Shown here: in pieces, positions 1 to 9,290 of the stretch
How the letters are laid out: every line of letters starts with the position of its first letter
Position numbering within the stretch: the stretch's first letter is position 1
Source: Flavobacterium sp.
GTDB lineage: Bacteria > Bacteroidota > Bacteroidia > Flavobacteriales > Flavobacteriaceae
Reading direction: 5' to 3'
Length of the DNA: 50,275 bases
Assembly (NCBI GenBank): GCA_043768185.1
Contig: JAYVKR010000206.1
Coordinates: forward strand, 1 to 50,275
Notes under the pieces: model-generated
Seen by the model: only the letters and a program-made list of their open reading frames with translations
Told to the model about the DNA's origin: nothing
Databases searched by the model: none
Position numbers and translations under genes: made by a program

Positions 1-77
1 ATTGTGCTTTGGTTCTCTAATTCATTTTTTAAAGCTTCTTTGAAATTTTCAAGCCCTTTATTTATTAATTCACTCAT
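1..77 (-). CDS. 5' fragment of a hypothetical ORF running off the window (MSELINKGLENFKEALKNELENQST...), probably part of the integrative element
   Basis: ATG at 77 on minus strand, open to the window edge; too short to assign a function. Confidence 0.4.
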   Translation of the reverse strand, partial: MSELINKGLENFKEALKNELENQST

Positions 78-128
78 TACTCTTTTTTAACTTTCGGCAA
101 AGCTTAAAAAGAAAAATCTGAGACTGAT

Positions 129-193
129 AGGTACGCTAAGGTATCGTAAGGTATTGAAAGGTATGTTTAGGTACGCATAGGTATGATTAGGTA
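129..193. repeat. Seven AGGTA direct repeats at exact 10-bp period (phased protein-binding array)
   Basis: AGGTA at 129, 139, 149, 159, 169, 179, 189 with variable 5-bp spacers. Confidence 0.85.
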
Positions 194-262
194 ATTAGCA
201 AGATAAAATAGTTAGTGTAACAGTATTTTTGGTTAATTGTAATGTTGACCGTTAAATTCTAA

Positions 263-297
263 TAAAAAAAGAAGCCGTCACTTAAAGGGGACGGCTT
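263..297 (-). terminator. Intrinsic terminator downstream of the integrase
   Basis: AAGCCGTC...GACGGCTT hairpin followed by a T-run on the minus strand. Confidence 0.65.
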
Positions 298-303
298 GTA
301 AGA

Positions 304-451
304 GTTGCAATTTTCTCGCAATTATTTTATATTTTCATTGCAATTCTACTTCAATTTCATTGCAATGGTTATTTTCATTGAGTTTATAAGAGGTCAAACC
401 CTAGTTTTATATAGAAATAAAATTGCAATTACTTTATTTTCATTGCAATTT
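304..451. repeat. Cluster of TTGCAAT / TTTCATTGCAAT repeats downstream of the integrase
   Basis: About five TTGCAAT copies, three within TTTCATTGCAAT. Confidence 0.6.
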
Positions 452-1804
452 TTATTCAAGTAAGTGTGAATAGTCTTCGGGTAATTCTGCATCAATATCT
501 CTTAAATATTGTTCCAACGCTGTCATTGTAGTATGCCCAGTAATAAGCATTAATTTACTCTTGGCTTCAAATGGTGAAGATGATTTGCGTAATTCTCTGT
601 ATAATTTTGTGATAAAAGTGTGTCTAAAGCTATACATTCCATAATCAATACCTAATTCAAAATGGTCTTTTACAACTGCTTTAAATCGCTTTGAAAAATG
701 GTCTCTACGATTATTTTCTGTTGCAATCCATTCATCGCCAATTTTAGTCGGAGTAAATAAGAAACTGTCTTTGTTTAGCTCTGATAAATCTGGCAATTCT
801 TTGATTAATATTTCGGGAATGATTTTGATTTTAACAGCCTTATTTTTAGCTTTTACATATAGTTTTTTATCCTTTATATCAATATCGCCAACTTTTAAGC
901 GGCATACTTCAACGGGGCGTAAAAAATTATATGAAACAAATTGTACAAAGAGCAACAGAATAGGGTCTTTTTCCGCAAGATGTGCATAAATATCCAACTG
1001 CATTTCGGGAGTGTAAGTTTTGTTTCTTTCGGGTTTAGATTTTAAAATATTAATTTTTTTGATGAAATTATCTGTAATAATTTCATTGTTAGATAAAACT
1101 TCAAACAAGGAACTTAAATCGATTCTTGAATTATTTCGATTTCTTGCACTAGATTTTTCTAAAATTTCATTTAGGTATTCATTTGCGATTTTTCGAGTAA
1201 CTGATGTAATTGGCTTATTTTCATCAAGCCAATTCTTAAAACGGTTTATCCTGCCTTCAAAATTGCTATATGATGTATCGTTGAGTGAACCTTTCTTAAT
1301 TTTTAAAGCAAAATTGAACGCTTCTTTTATTGTCATAATGGGTTCTTCATCAATGACAGTTTCATTTTGGGTTTTAATTGCAATTTTTTCTGATGGAATT
1401 GCAATTGGTTTCTTTTCCTCTGCAATTACTTTATTCTCCAATAGCGATAAATCGTTATCAGTGTTAGGATTAAAGCCTTTTTCAAGCAAAAACTCTAATG
1501 CGTCTCGTAAGTTTATTAAATATTGTAATCTTTCTTTTTTGGTTTTTAGCCTATTTACACCGCCTTTTATATTAGGCATACGCTTTAATTTGTTGGTATT
1601 ATCATCTAAAAATTTATAATAAATGTACCAATCTTTAGAAAGAGCATTGTTTTGCTCCTCTTTTGTGTGCTGATTCCAAAGCGTTATATCAACTCCTCCA
1701 GTATAAATTTTAGGTTGGGTGAATTTTTTTTTGATTGGCAAAATGTGTACTGTTTGGTGTACGTTTTGGTGTACTGTTTGCAAAAGTAGTAATATATTAG
1801 GCAT
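452..1804 (-). CDS. Tyrosine recombinase / site-specific integrase
   Basis: Catalytic motifs FLRPVEV (R), YSFRHT (HxxR position), ITGHT, EQY(L) (Tyr); adjacent to the tRNA 3' end; start codon uncertain. Confidence 0.9.
   Translation of the reverse strand: MPNILLLLQTVHQNVHQTVHILPIKKKFTQPKIYTGGVDITLWNQHTKEEQNNALSKDWYIYYKFLDDNTNKLKRMPNIKGGVNRLKTKKERLQYLINLRDALEFLLEKGFNPNTDNDLSLLENKVIAEEKKPIAIPSEKIAIKTQNETVIDEEPIMTIKEAFNFALKIKKGSLNDTSYSNFEGRINRFKNWLDENKPITSVTRKIANEYLNEILEKSSARNRNNSRIDLSSLFEVLSNNEIITDNFIKKINILKSKPERNKTYTPEMQLDIYAHLAEKDPILLLFVQFVSYNFLRPVEVCRLKVGDIDIKDKKLYVKAKNKAVKIKIIPEILIKELPDLSELNKDSFLFTPTKIGDEWIATENNRRDHFSKRFKAVVKDHFELGIDYGMYSFRHTFITKLYRELRKSSSPFEAKSKLMLITGHTTMTALEQYLRDIDAELPEDYSHLLE
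1745..1780. repeat. Three tandem 12-bp repeats GTGTAC(TG/GT)TTTG in the 5' end of the integrase ORF; candidate arm-type sites
   Basis: GTGTACTGTTTG GTGTACGTTTTG GTGTACTGTTTG. Confidence 0.75.
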
Positions 1805-1835
1805 AAAAAAGCTGGTTAATATACACTAACCAGCT
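1805..1835 (-). terminator. Terminator-like hairpin downstream of tRNA-Met
   Basis: AGCTGGTTA-N8-TAACCAGCT followed by a T-run on the minus strand. Confidence 0.6.
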
Positions 1836-1857
1836 CGTTTCTAATAAATTCCTTTTG

Positions 1858-1931
1858 TAGCGAGAGAGAGATTTGAACTCTCGACCTCAGGGTTATGAAT
1901 CCTGCGCTCTAACCAACTGAGCTACCTCGCC
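1858..1931 (-). tRNA. tRNA-Met (CAT), elongator type
   Basis: Reverse complement GGCGAGGTAGCTCAGTTGGTTAGAGCGCAGGATTCATAACCCTGAGGTCGAGAGTTCAAATCTCTCTCTCGCTA folds as a cloverleaf with anticodon CAT; paired first base and no 3 G-C anticodon-stem pairs, so not initiator; CCA not encoded. Confidence 0.93.
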
Positions 1932-2080
1932 ATGCTTTGGTTTAGCATTCTTCAATGCGGGTGCAAATATAAAACTTAAATAATAGGTTGCAAATATATA
2001 ATGAGAAAAAAAATTTATTTTAAAAATGCTTTTTTATTGCCATATTATTATATATATTTCACAAAAATTACCACTAACTA

Positions 2081-2473
2081 ATGGAATTAAAATCAAGATA
2101 CGAACTAGAATTTCCTATTAACTCATCTCCACAGTTGTTATATCAATATATATCAACACCTTCTGGATTGTCAGAGTGGTTTGCAGATAATGTCAACTCG
2201 AGAGGAGAGTTTTTTACTTTTATATGGGATGACTCAGAAGAAAATGCGCGATTGTCTTCCAAAAAAACTGGAGAGAAAATAAAATTCCGTTGGATTGATG
2301 AGAATAAGAAGGATACCGATTACTTTTTTGAATTGCGAATTTTAGAAGATGAAATAACTAAAGATGTTTCGTTGATGATTATTGATTTTGCAATGGATGA
2401 CGAATTGGATGAAGCTAAATTATTATGGGAAAATCAAATATCAGATCTTAAACATGTTATCGGTTCGGTTTAA
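2081..2473 (+). CDS. START-like / SRPBCC domain protein
   Basis: STPSGLSEWFADNV motif typical of the conserved Bacteroidota START-like family. Confidence 0.8.
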   Translation: MELKSRYELEFPINSSPQLLYQYISTPSGLSEWFADNVNSRGEFFTFIWDDSEENARLSSKKTGEKIKFRWIDENKKDTDYFFELRILEDEITKDVSLMIIDFAMDDELDEAKLLWENQISDLKHVIGSV

Positions 2474-2523
2474 TATTGTAGATATAAACATATCTTTGCC
2501 CTAATCTAAATTAGGGTTTTTTT

Positions 2524-3354
2524 ATGGTCAATTTTAATGGTTTATTGGTTTCAACAGAAGAGAATACTTTAGTAAATAATCGTGGGTTTCTCTATGGGGA
2601 TGGTGTTTTTGAAACTTTAAAAATAAAGGAAAATTCAATTCTTTTTTTAGAAGAACATTATTTTAGATTGATGGCTGCAATGCGTATCGTTCGTATGGAA
2701 ATTCCCATGAATTTCACCATGGAGTATTTCGAAGAGCAAGTTCTTTTAGCTGTAAGAGCAAATAATTGCTCAGATTCTAGTAGAGCTAGAATAACAGTTT
2801 ATAGAAATGATGGGGGTTTTTATTTGCCTGAAACAAATTCGATTAGTTATTTAATTCAAGCGATTCCATTACCATCTAAGTACTATTCAATAAATTCTGA
2901 TCCCTATGAAGTTGATTTATACAAAGACTTTTATATTTCAAAACAATTACTATCCACATTAAAGACAACCAATAAAATGATTTCTATTACAGGAAGTATT
3001 TATGCCAAAGAAAATGGATTGCAAAATTGTTTGGTATTGAATGAAGAAAAAAATGTCGTAGAAGCGTTGCAAGGAAATATATTTATGTTGATGGGACAAA
3101 CTTTAGTGACACCACCCATTTCAGACGGTTGTTTGAATGGTATTATGCGAAAAAACATCCTATCTATTGCAAAAAATATAGAAACTTTAGAAGTGATAGA
3201 AAAATCTATTTCGCCATTTGATCTTCAAAAAGCAGACGAACTCTTTATTACTAATGTTATTATGGGAATTCAACCTATCACTAATTATAGGAAAAAAGAA
3301 TATCGATGGGACTTAGCAACACTATTGGTAGAAAAACTAAATGCGACTATTTGA
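2524..3354 (+). CDS. Class IV aminotransferase (aminodeoxychorismate lyase / BCAT-like)
   Basis: NRGFLYGDGVFET, LKT (PLP lysine), E..GNIF, CLNGIMR motifs. Confidence 0.85.
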   Translation: MVNFNGLLVSTEENTLVNNRGFLYGDGVFETLKIKENSILFLEEHYFRLMAAMRIVRMEIPMNFTMEYFEEQVLLAVRANNCSDSSRARITVYRNDGGFYLPETNSISYLIQAIPLPSKYYSINSDPYEVDLYKDFYISKQLLSTLKTTNKMISITGSIYAKENGLQNCLVLNEEKNVVEALQGNIFMLMGQTLVTPPISDGCLNGIMRKNILSIAKNIETLEVIEKSISPFDLQKADELFITNVIMGIQPITNYRKKEYRWDLATLLVEKLNATI

Positions 3355-3358
3355 GTTG

Positions 3359-3919
3359 TTAATTTAAAAGCGGATTCTCAGGAGCATTAGACCATATTAT
3401 GTATTCTCCTCCGAGTTCTAATATTTTTTCTTTCCAAAAATCAGTAGTAGATTTTCCAATAATTTTATTTTCGTAGAGGTTTTCTGTTAATATCCATGAA
3501 TTTGATTTCATTTCATTTTCTAATTGTTGAGCTTCCCACCCTGTATATCCTAAGAAAAAACGAATATTATCTTTTTTAATTTCGCCATTATTGATGAGGT
3601 TTTTAGTCAATTCGAAATCACCTCCCCAAAAAATTCCACTCGAAATTTCCACACTATTGGTAATTAATTCTGGAATATTATGAATGAAATATAAATTATC
3701 TTGTTCAACAGGACCACCATTATATATCTTAAAATTAGCTTCTACATCGGGAACCAAATCATTAATGGTATACTTTAGTGGTTTGTTGATTATAAATCCA
3801 ACAGAACCATCTTGATTGTGGTCTGCTAATAAAATCACTGAACGATTGAAAGATAAATCTCCAATTATAGAAGGCTCAGCAATAAGTAGTTGTCCTTTTT
3901 TTAATTTTTCTGTTATCAT
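3359..3919 (-). CDS. YqgE/AlgH family protein
   Basis: LLIA, FNRSVILL, GFIINKP, GGPV, GYTGW...QLENE motifs. Confidence 0.9.
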   Translation of the reverse strand: MITEKLKKGQLLIAEPSIIGDLSFNRSVILLADHNQDGSVGFIINKPLKYTINDLVPDVEANFKIYNGGPVEQDNLYFIHNIPELITNSVEISSGIFWGGDFELTKNLINNGEIKKDNIRFFLGYTGWEAQQLENEMKSNSWILTENLYENKIIGKSTTDFWKEKILELGGEYIIWSNAPENPLLN

Positions 3920-3987
3920 TTTAACCTCAATTTTTAATAAATTTAATAATAAAATTTTGAAATAAACAAATAATTTAGATATTAAAT

Positions 3988-4017
3988 AAAAAAAAAGCCT
4001 CCGAAACGGAGACTTTT
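3988..4017 (-). terminator. Intrinsic terminator after the HU gene
   Basis: Minus strand AAAAGTCTCCG-TTT-CGGAGGCTTTTTTTT hairpin plus T-run. Confidence 0.7.
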
Positions 4018-4040
4018 AATGTATATTTTATAAACTTAAA

Positions 4041-4313
4041 TTAGTTTACTGAACCTTCTAAATCTGCACCAGCCTTGAATTTAACAACATTCTTAGCAGC
4101 GATTTTGATTGTTTTTCCAGTTTGTGGATTTCTTCCATCTCTAGCAGCTCTTTTAGAAACTGACCAAGATCCGAAACCTACTAAAGATACTCTTCCACCT
4201 TTTTTCAAAGTACCACCTACGTTACCTAAAAATGATTCTAAAGCTAATTTAGCAGCCGCTTTTGTAATTCCTGCATCAGCAGCAATAGCATCGATTAATT
4301 CTGATTTGTTCAT
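4041..4313 (-). CDS. hup: DNA-binding protein HU
   Basis: MNKSELIDAIA...GFGSWSV...GRNPQTG...KFKAG signature. Confidence 0.95.
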   Translation of the reverse strand: MNKSELIDAIAADAGITKAAAKLALESFLGNVGGTLKKGGRVSLVGFGSWSVSKRAARDGRNPQTGKTIKIAAKNVVKFKAGADLEGSVN

Positions 4314-4494
4314 AATAATAGTTATTAATTGTTGGTTAAACGTTATTTTTATTAAAACAAATTTAGTAGAAAATACACACTACGCAAGCGTTGAGCGAGT
4401 TTTTTAACGTATTTGTTGATAAGTAGAAGCATTTGTTAATAAAAACGAGCATTTCGTCGAAGATTAACTACTTTTTTTCAATGATTACTTGACT

Positions 4495-5442
4495 TTACAA
4501 CGCTTTTGTATCACTAGAAAGTGTAATTCCGTTTAACAATTCAGATGTATTCATCCTCTTTTTTGCTGGAAACTGTAAATTCTTAACTTCCAAGAAACCA
4601 TTTGCAAGTGCAATTTTTAATGTTTTTTTAGTAGTTATTACTGTTCCAATAGCTTCTAAATGTTCTTCCTTATTATATACTGCTTCATAAATCTTAACAT
4701 TCCACTCTTCATTTCCATCTTTTATAGTACACCAAGAACTCGGATAAGGCGAAAGTCCACGAACTAAATTATGAATTTCTTCGCCAGATTTAGAAAAATC
4801 TATTTTGCAATTTTCTTTATTTAATTTATATGCCGTTTTTATCTCGTGAGTATCTTTTTGAATTGTAGTTGCAGCTTTTTCATTTGCTATTAAAGTTAAA
4901 GTTTCAATTACAGTTTCACTTCCTAATACCATTAATCTATCGTGTAATTCACCAGCATTTTCATTTTTAGATATTGAAATTTCTTTACTCATAATCATTG
5001 CGCCAGTATCAATTTTATCATCAATAAAAAAAGTGGTAACTCCGGTTTTGGTTTCTCCATTTATAATTGCCCAGTTTATTGGCGCAGCACCACGATAATT
5101 TGGTAATAACGATGCGTGTAAATTAAAAGTTCCCAAATTTGGCATTTTCCAAACTACTTGTGGCAACATTCTAAATGCAACTACAACTTGTAAATTGGCA
5201 TTTAAACTTTTTAATTCTGTTAAAAAACTTTCGTCTTTTAAATTTGTTGGTTGTAATAATTTTAAATTATTGGCAACTGCATATTCCTTTACAGCAGAAT
5301 ATTTAATTTTTTGACCACGACCAGCAGGTTTGTCGGCAGCAGTTATAACACCAACAACTTCATAATTATTTTTTATGATGGTATCCAAAATGCCTACAGC
5401 AAATTCTGGTGTTCCCATAAAAACTATTCTTAATTTTTTCAT
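4495..5442 (-). CDS. fmt: Methionyl-tRNA formyltransferase
   Basis: IVFMGTPEFA, NLHASLLPNYRGAAPINWA, IDTG motifs. Confidence 0.96.
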   Translation of the reverse strand: MKKLRIVFMGTPEFAVGILDTIIKNNYEVVGVITAADKPAGRGQKIKYSAVKEYAVANNLKLLQPTNLKDESFLTELKSLNANLQVVVAFRMLPQVVWKMPNLGTFNLHASLLPNYRGAAPINWAIINGETKTGVTTFFIDDKIDTGAMIMSKEISISKNENAGELHDRLMVLGSETVIETLTLIANEKAATTIQKDTHEIKTAYKLNKENCKIDFSKSGEEIHNLVRGLSPYPSSWCTIKDGNEEWNVKIYEAVYNKEEHLEAIGTVITTKKTLKIALANGFLEVKNLQFPAKKRMNTSELLNGITLSSDTKAL

Positions 5443-5472
5443 ATTGTTTTTTATGCTAAAGCAATCTCTATT

Positions 5473-7368
5473 TTAATTATTTTTTATCGAATATAAATTA
5501 TTAGAATTAATTACAATTGCATCATTTTCTAATAAATTTTGAAGTACAAAGATAACATCGTCTTTGGTATGTTTAGATAATTTTTGAATATCTCTAGAAT
5601 TTAAATCTTGAATTTTTAATAAACCTACTATTTTATCAGATAATAAATCGAAATTGGTTTTGCTTTTGTTTTTAGAAATACAAAAAGAACAAACGCCACA
5701 ATCAGTTGAAATTGTTTCTCCAAAATAACTTAGAAGTAATTTATTTTTACATTTTTTTTCTTCCTTAATATAATGTAATACTGATTGAAGTTGTTCTGTC
5801 TTTAATTTATTTTGTGCTTCTAAATATTTAGAAACTCTGTTTATGGTTTTGTCGTCTTCTCTAACTTCGTTAAAGGTTAATGTTGCATCGTTATTTTTTG
5901 CATTTAATTCTATGATGTTTTTTTCGTGAAGTTTATGAAGAATTGCTAGAACTTTCTTTTCTTCGGCATTAGATTTCTTGGCAATTAAAGCAACATTAAT
6001 AACGGTTTGCGATTCATAAACACCTGGATTTGTTCTTAAAATAGTTAGAATTACTTCCTCATCTTGCTCGTTCAAACTCATGTATCGAATAACTTCTTTA
6101 GACGGAATTATAAATTGCAAGCTTATTTTTTCTGAAAATTCTTGCGATAAACTAATAATACCTTGTCTGTCTAGAAATTGCAAAGCATTATATACTTTTA
6201 ATACAGAGAACGAATATTTTGTGCAAAAATGATTGATGTTGAAACTAAATTTTTCGTCAATTCCTTCGCCATAAGCAATTTGAAAATAATTACAGAGTTT
6301 AAGAAATACTAAATTTAAAAATGCTTTATCAGATAAAACAGAAAGAAATTGACTTTCTGCATGAATACTATCTGATGGGTTTGTGAGTAAAATTGCAAAT
6401 GCTTTTTCGCCATTTCTTCCTGCACGTCCAGCTTCTTGATAGTAATTTTCAAGATTTGGAGGAATATGTAAATGAATTACAGTTTTTACATTGGGTTTGT
6501 CAATTCCCATTCCAAATGCATTTGTGGCTACCATAATTTGTACTTTGTCATTCATCCAAAGATTCATGTTATTTTCTTTAACCTTTGGCGATAATCCACC
6601 GTGATAATAAGTTGCAGAAAACCCTAAACTTTCTAGTTGACGAGAAACATCGGTACATGCTTTTCTATTGGTTACATATATTATGGAAGATTGTGGATTT
6701 TTAGTTAAAATTTGCTGCATTAAATGCAATTTGTCTTCGATTGTAAAAACCATATAAGCCAAATTTTCTCTGGCAAATGATTTAGAAAAAACAACAGGAC
6801 TATTTAATTGCAATTGAGTAATTACATCTTCTTTTACTCTGTGCGTTGCTGAAGCAGTCAATGCCAAAAACGGAACTTTATTGAAATGATTTTTTAGTAA
6901 AGAAATTTTTAAGTAGCTTGGTCTAAAATCGTGTCCCCATTGCGAGACACAATGCGCTTCGTCAATTGCAATTAAATTTATGGGAAGATTTTTAATTCTT
7001 TCTAGAATCCAATCGTTTTGCAATCGTTCTGGCGAAAGATATAGAAATTTATAATTTCCAAATTCGCAATTGTCTAATAAATCTATAATTTCTTCTTGAC
7101 GAATTCCTCCAGTTAATGCAATTGCTTTTATGCCTAGATTTTGTAAATTAGTTACTTGATCTTTCATTAAGGCAACCAAAGGTGAAATTACCAGACAAAT
7201 TCCGTCCATAAGTAACGCTGGAACTTGGAATGTAATTGATTTTCCTCCGCCTGTTGGCATCAATGCAAATGTGTCTTGACCTTTTAAAACCGATGCAATT
7301 ATTTCTTCTTGCAAGCTTCTAAACGCATCGTGTTTCCAGTATTTTTGAAGAATTTCTAGTGGAGTCAA
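5473..7368 (-). CDS. recQ: RecQ-family ATP-dependent DNA helicase
   Basis: MPTGGGKS, DEAHCVSQWGHDFRP, ATNAFGMGIDK, QEAGRAGR, C-terminal Cys Zn site. Confidence 0.9.
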   Translation of the reverse strand: MTPLEILQKYWKHDAFRSLQEEIIASVLKGQDTFALMPTGGGKSITFQVPALLMDGICLVISPLVALMKDQVTNLQNLGIKAIALTGGIRQEEIIDLLDNCEFGNYKFLYLSPERLQNDWILERIKNLPINLIAIDEAHCVSQWGHDFRPSYLKISLLKNHFNKVPFLALTASATHRVKEDVITQLQLNSPVVFSKSFARENLAYMVFTIEDKLHLMQQILTKNPQSSIIYVTNRKACTDVSRQLESLGFSATYYHGGLSPKVKENNMNLWMNDKVQIMVATNAFGMGIDKPNVKTVIHLHIPPNLENYYQEAGRAGRNGEKAFAILLTNPSDSIHAESQFLSVLSDKAFLNLVFLKLCNYFQIAYGEGIDEKFSFNINHFCTKYSFSVLKVYNALQFLDRQGIISLSQEFSEKISLQFIIPSKEVIRYMSLNEQDEEVILTILRTNPGVYESQTVINVALIAKKSNAEEKKVLAILHKLHEKNIIELNAKNNDATLTFNEVREDDKTINRVSKYLEAQNKLKTEQLQSVLHYIKEEKKCKNKLLLSYFGETISTDCGVCSFCISKNKSKTNFDLLSDKIVGLLKIQDLNSRDIQKLSKHTKDDVIFVLQNLLENDAIVINSNNLYSIKNN

Positions 7369-7415
7369 GATTTAAAGTTGTTTAAATTTTTAAATTGTTT
7401 AAAAGTAAGCAAAAT

Positions 7416-8135
7416 TTAAAAGCCAATTTTTTTGTCATTATTTTCAACAATTTCCTCTTTTATAATATATTTTCCATTAACTAATTTTTTAGTATATAAA
7501 TTTATTGAATCTTCTAAACCAGTTACATAATTCTTGATTTTTTCTTCCTTTAAAATAACTTCATCATTTCTCCAAAAATAATTTTCAGAATGAAATTCTT
7601 GTAGAGCTACTCTCCATTCTGAGTAAATTTGCTTTTTTATTGAATCAAAACCCGGATTATAAACGCTGTCTAATGCAATAATATGTTTGTATTTTTTGGT
7701 TTTATTTTTATAAATCCAATAACTGTGGGATGAATTATAATTTCCAACATAATTTACTAGTTGAATATCTTTATAACCGTCAAAATTGATGTCTTCGTTA
7801 GCCGAAAAAGTTATTTCATATGGAAATAAAAAGTAATTTTTTTTGATATTTATTTTTTGAATACCATTATTTTGTTTGTTTTTGATTATGATTGAATCAA
7901 ATGAAACATTCTCATTTTTATCTTTAGAATAATATAAAAAGCAGTAACTTTCTCTATTTTCATTTTTTATAAGATAAACCGAATCATTTATTTTATTTTC
8001 GAAATCACTTTCTTTTTCAATAATAGTGTCTTTTTTTATTGAAATAGTATCTGTTGTAGAAATTTTAGTTTCATTTTTTTTATTTTGACAATTAACAAAA
8101 AATATAAAAATAAATAAATATTTGATTGTTCTCAT
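7416..8135 (-). CDS. Hypothetical lipoprotein with a DxNFDGYxD Ca-binding-like motif
   Basis: Short signal ending FFVNC (lipobox-like); EDINFDGYKDI. Confidence 0.65.
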   Translation of the reverse strand: MRTIKYLFIFIFFVNCQNKKNETKISTTDTISIKKDTIIEKESDFENKINDSVYLIKNENRESYCFLYYSKDKNENVSFDSIIIKNKQNNGIQKINIKKNYFLFPYEITFSANEDINFDGYKDIQLVNYVGNYNSSHSYWIYKNKTKKYKHIIALDSVYNPGFDSIKKQIYSEWRVALQEFHSENYFWRNDEVILKEEKIKNYVTGLEDSINLYTKKLVNGKYIIKEEIVENNDKKIGF

Positions 8136-8149
8136 ATTTTGTTTTTTTT

Positions 8150-8194
8150 ACTCAAAACTTACAACTCAAAACTCACAACTCACAACTCACAACT
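8150..8194. repeat. Heptamer tandem repeat (ACTCACA/ACTCAAA)
   Basis: About six imperfect copies. Confidence 0.8.
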
Positions 8195-8732
8195 AAAAAT
8201 TCAAAACTTCCAAAATATATTCTATTCTGTTTTCTACAGTATCTTTAGGAACTTCTATAAGGTTGTAACCATATTTTTGATAAGTTTCTGAGAGATGATT
8301 GTAAATTAGTTTGGCTTGTTCGTAGTTTTCATAACGTTCTTCGTCACTAATGTAAATTTCTTCCCAAGGTGGAAGAATAAAAATTTTGGTATATTTATGA
8401 TCTTTGCAAGCTTGATCAAAAAATGATGGATAACTGTCGCCAATGTAATGCATATAAGCCAAAACATCTGGAATGCCACGATCTAGAAATACTATTTTAT
8501 GCGTTTCTGAAATGGCATTGTTGTATTGTTTTTTTCTTCCTTCTAGTAATAACTCGCTAAAAAGTAATGGTTTTTCTAGAAAAAGTTGTTCTATACCTTG
8601 TTTTTTGGCTTCCATTGTTACTTCGCGCGAAATTTCTGGATAGCAACAATATCCTTTGGAAATTAATCCGTCTATGATTGTTGTTTTTCCAGTTCCTGGT
8701 CCGCCAATTATTACAATGATTTCTTTTTCCAA
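8193..8732 (-). CDS. AAA_28 / NadR-Ttd14-like P-loop ATPase
   Basis: GGPGTGKTT, FLDRGIPD, PPW...D.ER.E motifs. Confidence 0.85.
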   Translation of the reverse strand: MEKEIIVIIGGPGTGKTTIIDGLISKGYCCYPEISREVTMEAKKQGIEQLFLEKPLLFSELLLEGRKKQYNNAISETHKIVFLDRGIPDVLAYMHYIGDSYPSFFDQACKDHKYTKIFILPPWEEIYISDEERYENYEQAKLIYNHLSETYQKYGYNLIEVPKDTVENRIEYILEVLNF

Positions 8733-8824
8733 GATTTTTTTAAAATAAGATGCAAATTTATTGAAAGTAATTCAATAGATGGTTGTTTTTTGTAGTTTAT
8801 TTTTTAATCAATTCAAAAATTTTT

Positions 8825-8889
8825 TAGCCCTGATTGAATGGAATAACATCCCAATTTTTTATTGGGATTTATGGAATGAAAGCAGGAAT
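8825..8889 (+). ncRNA. Intergenic structured element, possibly a Flavo-1-like RNA motif or repeat
   Basis: TAGCCCTGATTGAA...GAAAGCAGG outer pairing with an inner ATCCCAAT/ATTGGGAT hairpin; family assignment from memory, not searched. Confidence 0.45.
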
Positions 8890-9003
8890 TACCATTGAAG
8901 AGAATGCCCAAGCCATTTGCTACTGATATACATTAGCATAAATACTAAAAAAAGTAGAAATCTAAAATGTAAATAGTATATTTGCGTTTATTTTAATTTA
9001 ATA

Positions 9004-9288
9004 ATGGATAAAAAAACCGAAGAATTTTATACTCGGCTAAAAGAAGAATTGGCTAATACATCTGCTTGGCCAAGTGAATATTTATATAAATTTATAGTTC
9101 CAACTACGCTAGAAAATGTTATGGAAGTTGAAAATACTTTTAATAATATGGGTGCAGTTATAAAAACTACGCAATCTAAAACTGGTAAATTTACTAGTAT
9201 TTCTATAAATGTAACTATGGAAAACCCAGAAAAAGTGGTAGAAAAATACCTTCAAGTTTCTAATATTGAGGGAATAATTTCATTTTAA
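9004..9288 (+). CDS. DUF493 (YbeD-like) protein
   Basis: WPSEYLYKFIVP...SKTGKFTSISI; TAnnTTTG promoter motif upstream. Confidence 0.85.
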   Translation: MDKKTEEFYTRLKEELANTSAWPSEYLYKFIVPTTLENVMEVENTFNNMGAVIKTTQSKTGKFTSISINVTMENPEKVVEKYLQVSNIEGIISF

Positions 9289-9290
9289 TT

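Larger units (their letters stand above)
1..1857. mobile_element. End of a tRNA-Met-integrated genomic island / integrative element (continues left of the window)
   Basis: Integrase immediately 3' of a tRNA plus repeat arrays; the second att site is not visible in the window. Confidence 0.65.

Noticed and set aside
771-1619. Plus-strand ORFs 771..989 and 1020..1619
   Set aside because: Antisense shadows of the integrase.
1858-1931. Initiator tRNA-fMet
   Set aside because: Lacks the C1:A72 mismatch and the three consecutive G-C pairs in the anticodon stem.
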